36,092 nt of DNA from Bdellovibrionales bacterium (GCA_043785085.1 JAYVXN010000359.1:1-36092); one strand, 5' to 3'; positions 9,177 through 21,196 are shown, counted from the stretch's first letter. Numbers and translations: made by a program. Notes: generated from the sequence alone by a model not told the origin.

Positions 9177-10100
9177 TTAATCTGCATGACCTGCGAAAAT
9201 ATCCATCACTTTTCGAAGTAATTCGAGCGCCTCTTTTTTCGGGCGTTGAAAAGCATTGCGGCCCATGATGCTTCCGAAAGCGCCGCCGGCTGCCATTTGC
9301 TTAACTTCTTCAATCAGCTCAGGTGTGGTTTTCGTTTCACCACCGCTAAAGATGACAATACGGCGACCGCCGAATGAGGAATCAACGATGTGCTTCACTC
9401 GATCTGTCATGGTCTCAATTGGAATGCCTTCGCTCTCGTAAACTTTGCGAGCGGCTTCTTGTTCAATGTGTGACGACGGCGGCTTCACCTTGATGATATG
9501 CGCACCCAATTGCGCGGCAATTTGGGCGCCATAAGAAATCACATCAATGGCGGTTTCGCCAGCCTTAGAGAGCTGCTCGCCGCGAGGATAAGACCACACG
9601 ACGACCACGAGTCCGGCTTTTTTCGCTTCGAGAGAAGCTTTGGCGATCTCTTCATACATTTCTTTGCGCTCAGAACTTCCGGGATAAATTGTAAAGCCAA
9701 TGCCGACGCAGCCGAGGCGAAGCGCATCTTCAATTCCAGAGGTCATCGCCGAGATCGGCGACTTCGAAGAAAACAAAGAATCCGAATTATTAATTTTTAA
9801 AATCAACGGAATATCGCCTGCGTAATCACGCGCACAAGCCTCAAGGAAGCCAAGTGGTGCGGCATAGGCATTACAGCCTGATTCAATTGCTAAGTTGAAG
9901 TGGTAAGCCGGATCATAGCCGTCCGCATTTTTTGCAAAACTGCGTGCTGGACCATGTTCAAAGCCCTGATCAACAGGCAAGATGACCATTTTACCAGTGC
10001 CGGTTAAGCGGCCTTGATTCATCAATCGAGCCAGATTTGTTAATGTTCCCGGGTTATCCGCCCCGTACCAGCTCAGTATCTCTCTAACTCTTGGTGTCAT
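9177..10100 (-). CDS. fbaB: Class I fructose-bisphosphate aldolase (FbaB/DhnA, DeoC-LacD superfamily)
   Basis: Colinear with E. coli FbaB-type motifs (GTGKMVILPVDQGFEHGP, KINNSD, VVVWSYPRG, GRNAFQRP). I chose the ATG at 10100 because AGGAG lies 5 nt upstream; the longest ORF (TTG start) reaches 10139. Confidence 0.85.
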   Translation of the reverse strand: MTPRVREILSWYGADNPGTLTNLARLMNQGRLTGTGKMVILPVDQGFEHGPARSFAKNADGYDPAYHFNLAIESGCNAYAAPLGFLEACARDYAGDIPLILKINNSDSLFSSKSPISAMTSGIEDALRLGCVGIGFTIYPGSSERKEMYEEIAKASLEAKKAGLVVVVWSYPRGEQLSKAGETAIDVISYGAQIAAQLGAHIIKVKPPSSHIEQEAARKVYESEGIPIETMTDRVKHIVDSSFGGRRIVIFSGGETKTTPELIEEVKQMAAGGAFGSIMGRNAFQRPKKEALELLRKVMDIFAGHAD

Positions 10101-10257
10101 AAAGTCTCCTGCATTTGTCGCCTGAGTTTCGCAATTCAAGATCGTTTTCGCTCACATAATGACCCACGAACGTAGTCAGTTTAGGTCCTGAAATCAAGTG
10201 AGCATTTCAAAGCGATTGCTTGCGAGGCGAGTTTTGCTTGGGCATAATTGAGAGCAG

Positions 10258-11535
10258 ATGTCGCCATTCATTCAGGCACGGCTGCGCCCGTTTCAAAATC
10301 CCAATTTTCGTCGCTTCTTTGCCGCGCAGACGCTCTCATTAGTGGGAACGTGGGCCCATGACTTAGCGCGATCATGGCTGGTGATTCAATTAATGGGCAA
10401 TGCCACGGCGCTCGGGTCGCTTCTTTTGGCCATCGCTCTTCCAGGTTTAGTTTTGACACTCCAAGGCGGGGTTCTCGCGGACCGCGCCGATGTGAAAAAA
10501 ATTATGTTTATCACCAAGTCAATCCTCGCCATCGCCTCACTGGTCTTGGCCGGAGTTGTCGAGTTCTCGCATATTCAAATGTGGCATCTACTTTTGTTTG
10601 GCGTCATTGAAGGATGCGTGGTGGCTTTTGATAGCCCCACTTTTCAAGCGCTGACCGTGCGCATGGTGCCACGCAAGGACTTTCAACAAGCCATAGCTCT
10701 GAATTCCACCAATTTTCATGCCGGCCGCATGCTCGGCCCCGTGGTCGCGGGTGTGCTGATGTTAATTCATGGCCCCTCACTCGTGTTTTTCTTTGATTTC
10801 CTCAGCTACCTTGGCGTGATTTATGTTTTGCGAAATATGCGACTGAAGCATCTGCAAAAGCCGGTCGTGCAGGCTCCTGGCGCGAGTTTGCTTTGGGACG
10901 GCATTCACTATGCTTTTGGCGAACCTTCGCTGCGCTATATTTTGGCGCAACTGCTCTTAACCATTTGCTTAGTGAACCCCTTGATGGTGGTGATTTTTCG
11001 CACTTATTTGGCCGCAAAATTTCATCTCAGCGGTGAGCAGTTCGGAACTTTGTTTATGTTTCCGGCCATGGGCTCAATGCTCGGCGCTTTGTCGTTTACT
11101 GTGTTTCAACCGAAGCGTCCGCTTTTAGCTCTGAAGCTAGGCGTGCCGGTGGCGGTGGTCAGCTTAATTTTGCTGCCCCTTTGTCGAACTGAACTACTGG
11201 CTGCGATTTGTATGAGTGTGGTGGGCTTTTCGACATATTTGAGTTTGGCGTCGCTCACCGTGTCGGTCCATCTTTCAGTTAAAGAAGAGTATCGCGGGCG
11301 CGTGAGCTCAATTATTGGCATGGGGTTTGGCAGTATTGGCCCCTTGATGAGTCTTCCAGTTGGGCTCTACGGAGACACAATTGGCTATGAACCCGCGATT
11401 TATTCTTTGGCGCTCATCTTCGGCGCGGCCTCTGCAGTACTCGCTTACCTCAATCGGAGTCATTTGAAAAATATTGTCGGAATCGTCAATGAAAACGAGG
11501 CCGCCCTTGAGTCACCCTTCATTAAGGAAAATTGA
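10258..11535 (+). CDS. MFS transporter (EntS/MFS_3-like, about 12 TM segments)
   Basis: 425 aa and highly hydrophobic. The N-terminal FRRFFAAQTLSLVGTW...LVLTLQGGVLADRADVKK is typical of the MFS_3 family. Confidence 0.8.
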   Translation: MSPFIQARLRPFQNPNFRRFFAAQTLSLVGTWAHDLARSWLVIQLMGNATALGSLLLAIALPGLVLTLQGGVLADRADVKKIMFITKSILAIASLVLAGVVEFSHIQMWHLLLFGVIEGCVVAFDSPTFQALTVRMVPRKDFQQAIALNSTNFHAGRMLGPVVAGVLMLIHGPSLVFFFDFLSYLGVIYVLRNMRLKHLQKPVVQAPGASLLWDGIHYAFGEPSLRYILAQLLLTICLVNPLMVVIFRTYLAAKFHLSGEQFGTLFMFPAMGSMLGALSFTVFQPKRPLLALKLGVPVAVVSLILLPLCRTELLAAICMSVVGFSTYLSLASLTVSVHLSVKEEYRGRVSSIIGMGFGSIGPLMSLPVGLYGDTIGYEPAIYSLALIFGAASAVLAYLNRSHLKNIVGIVNENEAALESPFIKEN

Positions 11536-11610
11536 CTTTTTGCAATAAAACCGTCATCATGCGCCTTGCCAATCCCCGATTCGGCCACAAGTTTAAGCGA
11601 GAGGTGACCT

Positions 11611-12165
11611 ATGTCTGAAAAAATTCACGTGCACAGCGAAGCCACACCCAACCCGCAGAGTATGCGCTTTCGCGTGCCGATGCAGCTCACCGACACTCCG
11701 GCCGATTTCAAAACTGCGAAAGAGACGACCGCGTCACCGCTCGCGCGAAAAATTTTTGGTTTTCCGTGGACTGACGGCGTTTTTATCGGCACGGACTTCG
11801 TCACCGTGACTAAACAAGATTGGGTTGATTGGGAAACTCTCGCTGAACCTCTCGCCGGCCTGATCGCCGAGCATTTGGAGCGCGGTGAAGCGGTTTTACA
11901 CAAGCTTGAAGAAGCCGTGACCAACGGGCATGATTCTGCCGTCGTTCTAGAAATAAAGAAAATTCTCAATGAAGAAATTCGCCCCGCCGTTGCATTAGAT
12001 GGTGGCGATATTGTTTTTCATAAATACGAAGACAATGTGGTTTATCTCTATATGCAGGGCTCGTGCTCGGGTTGCCCGAGTTCGACTTTTACTTTGAAAG
12101 AAGGCATCGAAACGCGACTTCGTAATGCGATTCCGGAGATTAAAGAAGTCGTTGCCATGTCGTAA
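11611..12165 (+). CDS. Nfu/NifU-type Fe-S cluster carrier (Nfu_N plus NifU C-terminal domain)
   Basis: TPNPQSMRF-type Nfu_N motif and the C-terminal CSGCPSS cluster-binding motif. GAGAGGTG lies 4 nt upstream of the ATG. Confidence 0.85.
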   Translation: MSEKIHVHSEATPNPQSMRFRVPMQLTDTPADFKTAKETTASPLARKIFGFPWTDGVFIGTDFVTVTKQDWVDWETLAEPLAGLIAEHLERGEAVLHKLEEAVTNGHDSAVVLEIKKILNEEIRPAVALDGGDIVFHKYEDNVVYLYMQGSCSGCPSSTFTLKEGIETRLRNAIPEIKEVVAMS

Positions 12166-12387
12166 TTGGCTTGAGCTTTGACTTAAAAGTGCGCACGCTG
12201 GTGTCAAGGAGTCTGGTGGCACAGACCCCTTGGTTATTGGTGAGCCCAATGCCAATCATGTGCTCCGCGGCGGGGCTTGGCACAATGGAGCTGCGGCATT
12301 GCGCATCGGCTACCGCAGTAGCGACGTCTCGGCGCACCGGCCGGGCGGAATTGGTTTTCGCCTCGTAAGGACCATCGCAAAATGAAA

Positions 12388-12948
12388 TCACTTCACCCAG
12401 CGCACTTTTTTAGTCGCGATTTGAACTGAAGAAAATTCTCTCGAAAACTGCTGCATTAACTCCGCCGCAAAGGCTTTTGGCTCAACGCCAAAATCACTTA
12501 AAGCACATGTGGGCACGGGTGTGCCTTCATTTCGACAATTAACAGCAAAATGAATCAAGGTCGACACGGGGCTCACGGTCGCAATACTGATACTGAACTT
12601 CTTATCATCGACAAACACATCATCGCCATCGCGGTGATGGCGAGCGTCGGGAGGCAGGTGCGAGGCCAAGAGATCATGGCAAAGACTCGCCAGGAGTCTC
12701 TGCAAGGCCACTCCAGTTAATAAATCACCTGGAAAAAACTCGACAATAAAATGCAGCATATCGCTTCCACGAATTGGACTTTGCGCCAATACATCTTCAC
12801 CATCGAGCATGTGTTCAAATGATATCTCACAAGAGCCACGCCAAGCGATGATTGAATCACCTAGAACTCCGTGCTCCATATACGCAAACAACGAATGCAA
12901 TTGCGTCCCGTCGTAGGTGAAACTTTTCTCAAGCCATTTTGTTTTCAC
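12388..12948 (-). CDS. DUF366-like protein of unknown function, translationally coupled to queC
   Basis: The conserved-looking core YDGTQLHSLFAYMEHGVLGDSIIAWRGSCEISFEHMLDGEDV...MLHFIVEFF...LQRLL matches my recollection of the DUF366 (PF04017/COG2454) family. The GTG at 12948 overlaps the queC stop (GTGA); an alternative ATG lies at 13002. Confidence 0.55.
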   Translation of the reverse strand: MKTKWLEKSFTYDGTQLHSLFAYMEHGVLGDSIIAWRGSCEISFEHMLDGEDVLAQSPIRGSDMLHFIVEFFPGDLLTGVALQRLLASLCHDLLASHLPPDARHHRDGDDVFVDDKKFSISIATVSPVSTLIHFAVNCRNEGTPVPTCALSDFGVEPKAFAAELMQQFSREFSSVQIATKKVRWVK

Positions 12949-13607
12949 AACGCAGCTCCGGCCGCACGACAAGCGCGTTGAAAGCGCTGGCAGGACTCGC
13001 ATACGCCGCAGGGCTTTGCTTCATCGAAATAACAGGGCCAAATCAAATTAAAACGTACGCCGAGCTCTTGCCCGCGGCGCACGATCTGCGTTTTATTCAA
13101 ATCTGTGGTGAAGCATTTCACTTCGACATGATTGGCGGTCGAAAAAGTGAACGCTTGAGTTGCTGCTTGCAGGTAGGCTTGTGAATTATCCGGAAAAGTC
13201 GCCGCCTCTTCGACATTGAAGCCAGGAATAATCCACTTAGCTCCTAAGCCTTCAGCAAAACCGGCGGCGATATTTAAGAAAATGCCATTACGATTCGGAA
13301 CCCAAACCGCCTGGGCACTACGGGCACTCACCGTCATATCGTCGATACTGACTTCAGAATTCACTGGCACATTTTGCGTGCGGTTGACTAATGAAGAGGA
13401 AGTGAATTCCTTAAACCACGGCAGTTCAATGACATGATGGCGAATTTGCAGCTCAAGACAGAGCTCACGCGCGTGCTGGATTTCTTGTTGGGCGGCACGC
13501 TGACCGTAATCAAAGGTGAGTGCCATCACGACTTCGGATTGCGCCCGTGCCTCATATAAATTGACAGTCGAATCAAGACCGCTGGAGAGTAAAACGACTG
13601 ATTTCAT
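12945..13607 (-). CDS. queC: 7-cyano-7-deazaguanine (preQ0) synthase QueC
   Basis: PP-loop VVLLSSGLDS and the C-terminal Zn motif CGVCESCQRF. The ATG at 13607 overlaps the stop of the upstream small ORF (TGATG). Confidence 0.92.
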   Translation of the reverse strand: MKSVVLLSSGLDSTVNLYEARAQSEVVMALTFDYGQRAAQQEIQHARELCLELQIRHHVIELPWFKEFTSSSLVNRTQNVPVNSEVSIDDMTVSARSAQAVWVPNRNGIFLNIAAGFAEGLGAKWIIPGFNVEEAATFPDNSQAYLQAATQAFTFSTANHVEVKCFTTDLNKTQIVRRGQELGVRFNLIWPCYFDEAKPCGVCESCQRFQRACRAAGAAL

Positions 13608-13936
13608 CAACGCTTTACTTTGAGAACTTTGCGAATTTTGCGTTTAGTTTTTTCAGTGGCAACGCGGGCTTTTTTTAAGACCCGCTTTGGATTTTTCGCC
13701 TGATGCAAAGATTCACTGATTTTTTGCGCCCGTTCTAGGACGGCTTGTCCTATGCGACCAACTAAATCGGCTGAATCCGTACCGTTATAAACAGCTTTAT
13801 ATTGCGCTGCTTTTTCGTTGAGTCGCTGCTGCAGATCCGAGTGTTGAAAATTTAAAAGCACTTGATCAACTTGTTGCTTGGCTTCAAGAGCTGACTTTTT
13901 CAATCGTCTTTTGATCTTCGTACCGGATACGAGCAA
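13607..13936 (-). CDS. Small, highly basic, helical protein of unknown function
   Basis: ORF lying between recJ and queC. GGGAGG sits 5 nt upstream of a TTG at 13936, with an alternative ATG at 13972. The track's ATG at 14077 would overlap recJ by 73 nt. The sequence is Lys/Arg-rich with a KKARVATEKTKRKIRKVLKVKR tail. Confidence 0.5.
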   Translation of the reverse strand: MLVSGTKIKRRLKKSALEAKQQVDQVLLNFQHSDLQQRLNEKAAQYKAVYNGTDSADLVGRIGQAVLERAQKISESLHQAKNPKRVLKKARVATEKTKRKIRKVLKVKR

Positions 13937-14004
13937 GCGAACCTCCCATGAGATGTGCGGTAGACGTATCATGTTTGCCAGACTGCGGCAAGGGCCCAAT
14001 CGCG

Positions 14005-15765
14005 CTAATTTTTCTGAGCGAAACGGAGATCTTGCACTAACAATTGCAGGGTTCGTCGGCCATTGAAATAGTTCCACTGCGGCTCAACCAAGGCATCGAC
14101 ATGAAGTCCTAGTTGCAGGCCTTTTCCACTTAAAAGCCCATGACTCTTTGGGGGCGCAAACCAGATGGCCGCCCGGGACTGCAGGGCCGATTCAGAAAAT
14201 GTGAGGCGCAAATGATCACCTTTGAGCACTTTGACCTGGGAAATCATAATATTATGCAGCATAAATACTGGCGCCGCAAATTGCGCCCCAAATGGACTTA
14301 AATGCTCGTACCAGGTCATGAAATCAGGATTTAGATCGGTCAGCGTCGATTCGGCATCGTAGAGCCAAAACCGTGGCTCGCGTTGCACGAGCTTTTCTGC
14401 AAAATAAGTCTCAAGTGCGGTACGAAAATTAAGGGCTTGTTCTGCCTTCAGTTCGAATCCAGCGGCAACCGCGTGACCACCAAATTGCAATAAATGTGCG
14501 GTGGCGGCTTCCATCGCTTCTAAAAGGTTACAAGGAAAGCCATCAGGCATGCGAGCACTGCCGACAATTTGCCCCGATTCACCGAGCGAGCCGACAAAAG
14601 TTGGTAGTTTAAATTCTTGACTCAATTTTGTCGCCACTAAGCCCACCACTCCCCGATGAAAATTTCGCGACCAAATAAAAATCGCATGCTGAGGCGGGTT
14701 TTGCTTAAGGTACGCGAGCGCTTCTTCTTCGGCACTTTTTTGTGTCGACATACGATCTTGATTATTGGCCAAGACCTGATCGATCAAAGACTGCGCCGTG
14801 GCGTCATCCTTAGCTAAATAAATATCAATTGGCTGAATGCCCATCTCCATGCGCGAGAGGGCGTTCAGTTTCGGTGCAAAACGAATGGCAACATCCTGGC
14901 TCGTGAGCGGATTGCCCCACATATTCAAGGCTTGCAAAAGAGCCCTTAAGCCAGGTCGCTTCGTTTGGGCTAACGCCAGAAGTCCGTGTTTCACGAGCAC
15001 GCGATTTTCATCAATCAATGGCACCATGTCCGTCAAGGTGCCGATGACGAAACAATCTAAAAGCTCTTTTGGATCAAAATCTTTTTTCAGAAGCCCTTGC
15101 TCCAGCAAAGCTCGGCGCAGCGCTAAGACGAGATAAAAAGCGACGCCCGTGCCACAGAGATGGCCGAGATCAGAGGCGCAATCGCCACGATTCGGATTCA
15201 CGACGGCAAAAGCCTGTGGCAAAGTTTCTTTCGGCAAGTGATGATCCGTGACAATCGTTTCAAGGCCAAGTTCGCTTGCGAAAGCCACTTCGTCAATTGC
15301 CGTAATTCCCAGATCGACCGTCACAATCAGATTCACGCCGTCTTGATGCAGCTTAGAAATGGCGTCTTTATGCAAACCATAGCCTTCGGAAAGCCGCTTC
15401 GGCTGATAGTAAGTGAGATTTTGATAATCAAAAAAATCAAAAGCCTTTAAGAGCAGCGCAAGCGCTGAGGTGCCGTCCAGGTCATAGTCGGCATAAACGC
15501 AAATGCGTTGCTTTTTTTCGATGGCTTCGAGGATTCGTGCCACGGCTTTGTGCATGTCAGGAAGTGAATAAGGGTCGCGTAAATATTTAAGGCTGGGCGA
15601 GAGCCATTTTTGCACATCGGCTTCTGAATGAAAGCCTCGGGCGCGTAAGACTTCCCAAATCAAAGGCGGCACACCTTTGGGTATCGCCTTTGCGCTCAGC
15701 TCAAACTCAGCTGGCACGCGCGGTTTCCATACGATTGAAGCTTGTTGAGTGTCGGAAGCAGGCAA
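14005..15765 (-). CDS. recJ: Single-stranded-DNA-specific exonuclease RecJ
   Basis: DHH-family motifs are present (YADYDLDGTS, VTVDLG, VTDHH, FGGHAVAAGF). The start is a TTG with AAGGAG 7 nt upstream. Confidence 0.93.
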   Translation of the reverse strand: MPASDTQQASIVWKPRVPAEFELSAKAIPKGVPPLIWEVLRARGFHSEADVQKWLSPSLKYLRDPYSLPDMHKAVARILEAIEKKQRICVYADYDLDGTSALALLLKAFDFFDYQNLTYYQPKRLSEGYGLHKDAISKLHQDGVNLIVTVDLGITAIDEVAFASELGLETIVTDHHLPKETLPQAFAVVNPNRGDCASDLGHLCGTGVAFYLVLALRRALLEQGLLKKDFDPKELLDCFVIGTLTDMVPLIDENRVLVKHGLLALAQTKRPGLRALLQALNMWGNPLTSQDVAIRFAPKLNALSRMEMGIQPIDIYLAKDDATAQSLIDQVLANNQDRMSTQKSAEEEALAYLKQNPPQHAIFIWSRNFHRGVVGLVATKLSQEFKLPTFVGSLGESGQIVGSARMPDGFPCNLLEAMEAATAHLLQFGGHAVAAGFELKAEQALNFRTALETYFAEKLVQREPRFWLYDAESTLTDLNPDFMTWYEHLSPFGAQFAAPVFMLHNIMISQVKVLKGDHLRLTFSESALQSRAAIWFAPPKSHGLLSGKGLQLGLHVDALVEPQWNYFNGRRTLQLLVQDLRFAQKN

Positions 15766-15889
15766 AACGAGGCTCCTTCATCAGTCTGGCCCAGGAAGTC
15801 TAACCGATGACCAGACGTCAGATTAACTTAGGTGCATCGTGCACTGAGGTCAAGGCAACCAGAGCGTCTTTAGGCGCCTGCCTGACTGA

Positions 15890-16852
15890 TTAGGCCGGCT
15901 TCTTTTTTAACTTGTCCATAACGAGGATTAATGGAGCCGCAACGTAAACAGAAGAGTATGTTCCAATAATGATACCGACCAGCATAGTGAAGGCGATATC
16001 TTTAATGACTCCCGTACCAAGAGTGAACAGCGCGAGAACTCCGAGAAAAGTCATGCCTGAGGTCAGGATCGTTCGACCCAACATATCATTAATGGCGCGA
16101 TTGATCACAAACTTCATGCCGTAATCACGATAGGTCGGATAGGTCTCACGAATTCGATCATAGTTCACAATCGTATCATTGAGCGAGTAACCGATTAGAG
16201 TTAAAACCGCCGCCATGATTTGCACGTTCACTTCTTTACCTAGCATGGAGAACACGCCGAGCGTAAAAACTGAATCGTGAATCAAACAGATCACTGCACC
16301 CGGCGCATACTTATAGTCAAAGCGCAAAGCCACGTAGATCAAAATCACAAGGAAGCAGTAAAACGCGGCTAGTAAGCCGTTTCGTTTCAACTCAGAGCCT
16401 ACCGCCGGACCAACCGTATCGACGCGGCGAATGCCATCGTCTTTCAAATCGAACTTTTGCTTCAACCCATTTTTCAGCTTCTCGATATTGGTTTTCAGCA
16501 AAGCATTGGTTTCTTTTTCGTTAGCACCTTCGGGAGATTCCATGCGAATGAGAAATTCATTTTGATCGCCGTAACTTTGCACGCTGGCGTTTTTCACACC
16601 GAGCTGATCAGTCAAAGAACGAATCTCCGTGGCGGCCACAGCGCGATCAAATTTTATCTGCACTTCAGTTCCGCCGGCGAAATCAATGCCGTAGTTAAAA
16701 CCCTTCGTGAAAATAAAAATCAAAGAGATAATCGTCGCTAAGAGCGAGATGCCACCCATCGGCCATGCGAGCCGAATAAAGTCAAAGCGGCCGAAATCAG
16801 CTCGGGCTGCTGCATTTGTCGTTTCAGGTTGTTTCATATTAGGTTTTGCCAT
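15890..16852 (-). CDS. secF: Protein translocase subunit SecF
   Basis: 320 aa with six-TM SecF topology. It contains FNYGIDFAGGT and GYSLNDTIVNYDRIRE motifs and follows secD. Confidence 0.95.
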   Translation of the reverse strand: MAKPNMKQPETTNAAARADFGRFDFIRLAWPMGGISLLATIISLIFIFTKGFNYGIDFAGGTEVQIKFDRAVAATEIRSLTDQLGVKNASVQSYGDQNEFLIRMESPEGANEKETNALLKTNIEKLKNGLKQKFDLKDDGIRRVDTVGPAVGSELKRNGLLAAFYCFLVILIYVALRFDYKYAPGAVICLIHDSVFTLGVFSMLGKEVNVQIMAAVLTLIGYSLNDTIVNYDRIRETYPTYRDYGMKFVINRAINDMLGRTILTSGMTFLGVLALFTLGTGVIKDIAFTMLVGIIIGTYSSVYVAAPLILVMDKLKKKPA

Positions 16853-16868
16853 ATTTCAATCCGCCTTC

Positions 16869-18563
16869 TTAAACCGCAAGTTTCCACTTCCAACGACCGA
16901 CAATTAAATCCAACACTGCTTTGGTGAAGAACACCGCGGTGAACATGGAGGTCACCAGCGAGCACAAAAGTGTCACGGCAAAACCGCGCACTGGACCTGT
17001 GCCATAATACATCAACACCACACAAACCGCGATCGCAGTCACGTTGGCATCGAAGATCGACGAGAACGCGCGCTCATAACCTTCACGAATCCCGACGGCA
17101 AGTCCAGCGCCTTTGCGCATTTCTTCTTTCACACGCTCATAAATAATCACGTTCGCATCCACCGCAATGGCGACAGCGAGCGCCATGCCGGCCACTCCTG
17201 GCAGAGTCAGGGTCGCACCCAAAGCACTTAAGATCGCCAAAGTGATTAAAACGTTAAACGCGAGAGATAAGTCAGCGATAATGCCGAACGACTTATAGTA
17301 AATCACCATGACGATAAAAACCACTAAAGCTGAAATGATCGCTGCGAACCGCCCTTTGGCAATCGCATCGGCACCTAAGCTTGGTCCAACGGTTCGCTCT
17401 TCCAATTGCTCCAAAGCCGCAGGCAAAGCTCCTGCTCTGAGCGCCATTGAAATCAATTGCGCTTCTTTGAAAGTATTATTGGCATCGCGGCCGCTGCCAC
17501 CCATCGTAATCGAGCCACGGCCACCGGTGATCGGCTCACGGATATTCGGTGCTGACTTCACGACTTTATCGAGCACAATTGCCATGCTCTTATTGACATT
17601 CTTTTTCGTCATCTCACCAAATTCACGCGCCCCAACCGGATCAAAGCGAAAGAGCACTTCGGGCTTACCGTATTGATCCTGGCTGACGGAGGCGTCGGTG
17701 AGTCGATCGCCGGTGACGAGTTCATTGGTCTTCAGCAAAAAGGGGCGACGGCCCACTTCGATGTTTTGCGCTGATTCGTCTTTTTCAAAATAAATGATGG
17801 TGTTCTCAGGAAGCTTGGTTTTCAGGGCCTCGTTAAGCTTATCTACATATTGAGTATATTTCATACCGGCGAGCTTGAAGTTCCCTTCTTTCTCCGCATC
17901 GGCAATCATTTTTTGTAAGTCTTCTTTTGGCTGCTCAGTTGAGACCATCATGAAATCAAGGCGAGCGGTTTTGTTGATCAGTTCTTTTGCGTTGGTGGCA
18001 TCTTTAATACCCGGAAGCTGCACGAGAATGCGATCAGTTCCTTGCGCTGAGATGCTCGGCTCCGATACACCGAATTCGTCAATCCGGTTACGGATCGTCG
18101 AAATCGCTTGCTCTAGCAGGCGTTTTTTAAAGTCGCGCAAGTGCAATTCATTGTATGAAATATCGACTTTACCATCTTTTGCGCCATCGACTTTCAAAAC
18201 ATTGCCGTAGCTTTTATCGAGAAGCGCACGAACCGCTGCTTCATCACTGGGGGTATTCAAATCGATTTGCATGGCACCAGTCGCCGCGTCGGTCATGGTG
18301 ATGCTCTTCACCTCGACCTTTTCGTCTTTCAGCTCATTTTTAAGTGTGGTGGTCATACGCTGCACATCTTGTTTCACCGCAGAATCAACATCCACGCGCA
18401 AAACCAAATGCGAGCCACCCTGAATGTCCAAGCCAAGGACCATTTTGTCCTTGGTCGGCCACCATTTGTTTTCGACATTCATAAAATTGGGAGCGACCCA
18501 AATTGCCGCGCCAACCATAACGATACCGATAATCCAAAGACGAACCCGTAAATTCTCGATCAT
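16869..18563 (-). CDS. secD: Protein translocase subunit SecD
   Basis: 564 aa. It has a periplasmic domain plus a C-terminal SecD/F membrane core (LGLDIQGGSHLVL and AVDANVIIYERVKEE). Confidence 0.95.
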   Translation of the reverse strand: MIENLRVRLWIIGIVMVGAAIWVAPNFMNVENKWWPTKDKMVLGLDIQGGSHLVLRVDVDSAVKQDVQRMTTTLKNELKDEKVEVKSITMTDAATGAMQIDLNTPSDEAAVRALLDKSYGNVLKVDGAKDGKVDISYNELHLRDFKKRLLEQAISTIRNRIDEFGVSEPSISAQGTDRILVQLPGIKDATNAKELINKTARLDFMMVSTEQPKEDLQKMIADAEKEGNFKLAGMKYTQYVDKLNEALKTKLPENTIIYFEKDESAQNIEVGRRPFLLKTNELVTGDRLTDASVSQDQYGKPEVLFRFDPVGAREFGEMTKKNVNKSMAIVLDKVVKSAPNIREPITGGRGSITMGGSGRDANNTFKEAQLISMALRAGALPAALEQLEERTVGPSLGADAIAKGRFAAIISALVVFIVMVIYYKSFGIIADLSLAFNVLITLAILSALGATLTLPGVAGMALAVAIAVDANVIIYERVKEEMRKGAGLAVGIREGYERAFSSIFDANVTAIAVCVVLMYYGTGPVRGFAVTLLCSLVTSMFTAVFFTKAVLDLIVGRWKWKLAV

Positions 18564-18925
18564 GATTTCACCTCAGTATTTGCCGGACCCAAAATACCCG
18601 TCTTGAGTATTTTGATTCTCACCCCGGTTGCCACTTCTAAAGTGACGTAAAGTTCTGTGATGCCTTCAATCGTCCCTAATATTCCGCTCGAGGTCAAAAC
18701 CAGATCACCTTTTTTTATTGTGGATAGGTAACTCTGATGATCTTTTTGCCGGCGAATCTGTGGCCGAATCATGAAAAAGTACATGACCCCGATCACTAAG
18801 ATGAACGGAATGAACGAAAATAAGGCAGGTGGTTGCCCACCAGCACCTTGTGCGAAAGCCAAAGACGGTAACAGAGAGGTTGAAAATGCAGTTAAGGCTG
18901 AAAGAAACAGAGCTGAACGGTTCAC
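18560..18925 (-). CDS. yajC: Preprotein translocase subunit YajC
   Basis: FFMIRPQIRRQKDHQSYLSTIKKGDLVLTSSGILG is a YajC signature. I chose the GTG at 18925 because AGGAGG lies 4 nt upstream; the longest ORF reaches 18967. The stop overlaps the secD start by 4 nt. Confidence 0.85.
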   Translation of the reverse strand: MNRSALFLSALTAFSTSLLPSLAFAQGAGGQPPALFSFIPFILVIGVMYFFMIRPQIRRQKDHQSYLSTIKKGDLVLTSSGILGTIEGITELYVTLEVATGVRIKILKTGILGPANTEVKS

Positions 18926-18982
18926 GAGTCCTCCTGAATCATATAGACGAGGTTGTGAACTTTCCATTATTTCAGAAAAGAA

Positions 18983-21138
<2,156 letters not shown>

Positions 21139-21196
21139 GGCACTTCTTACGGGAAAACCAGGCGACTGTCACGCGGATCAGTTCAGGGACGAGTTT

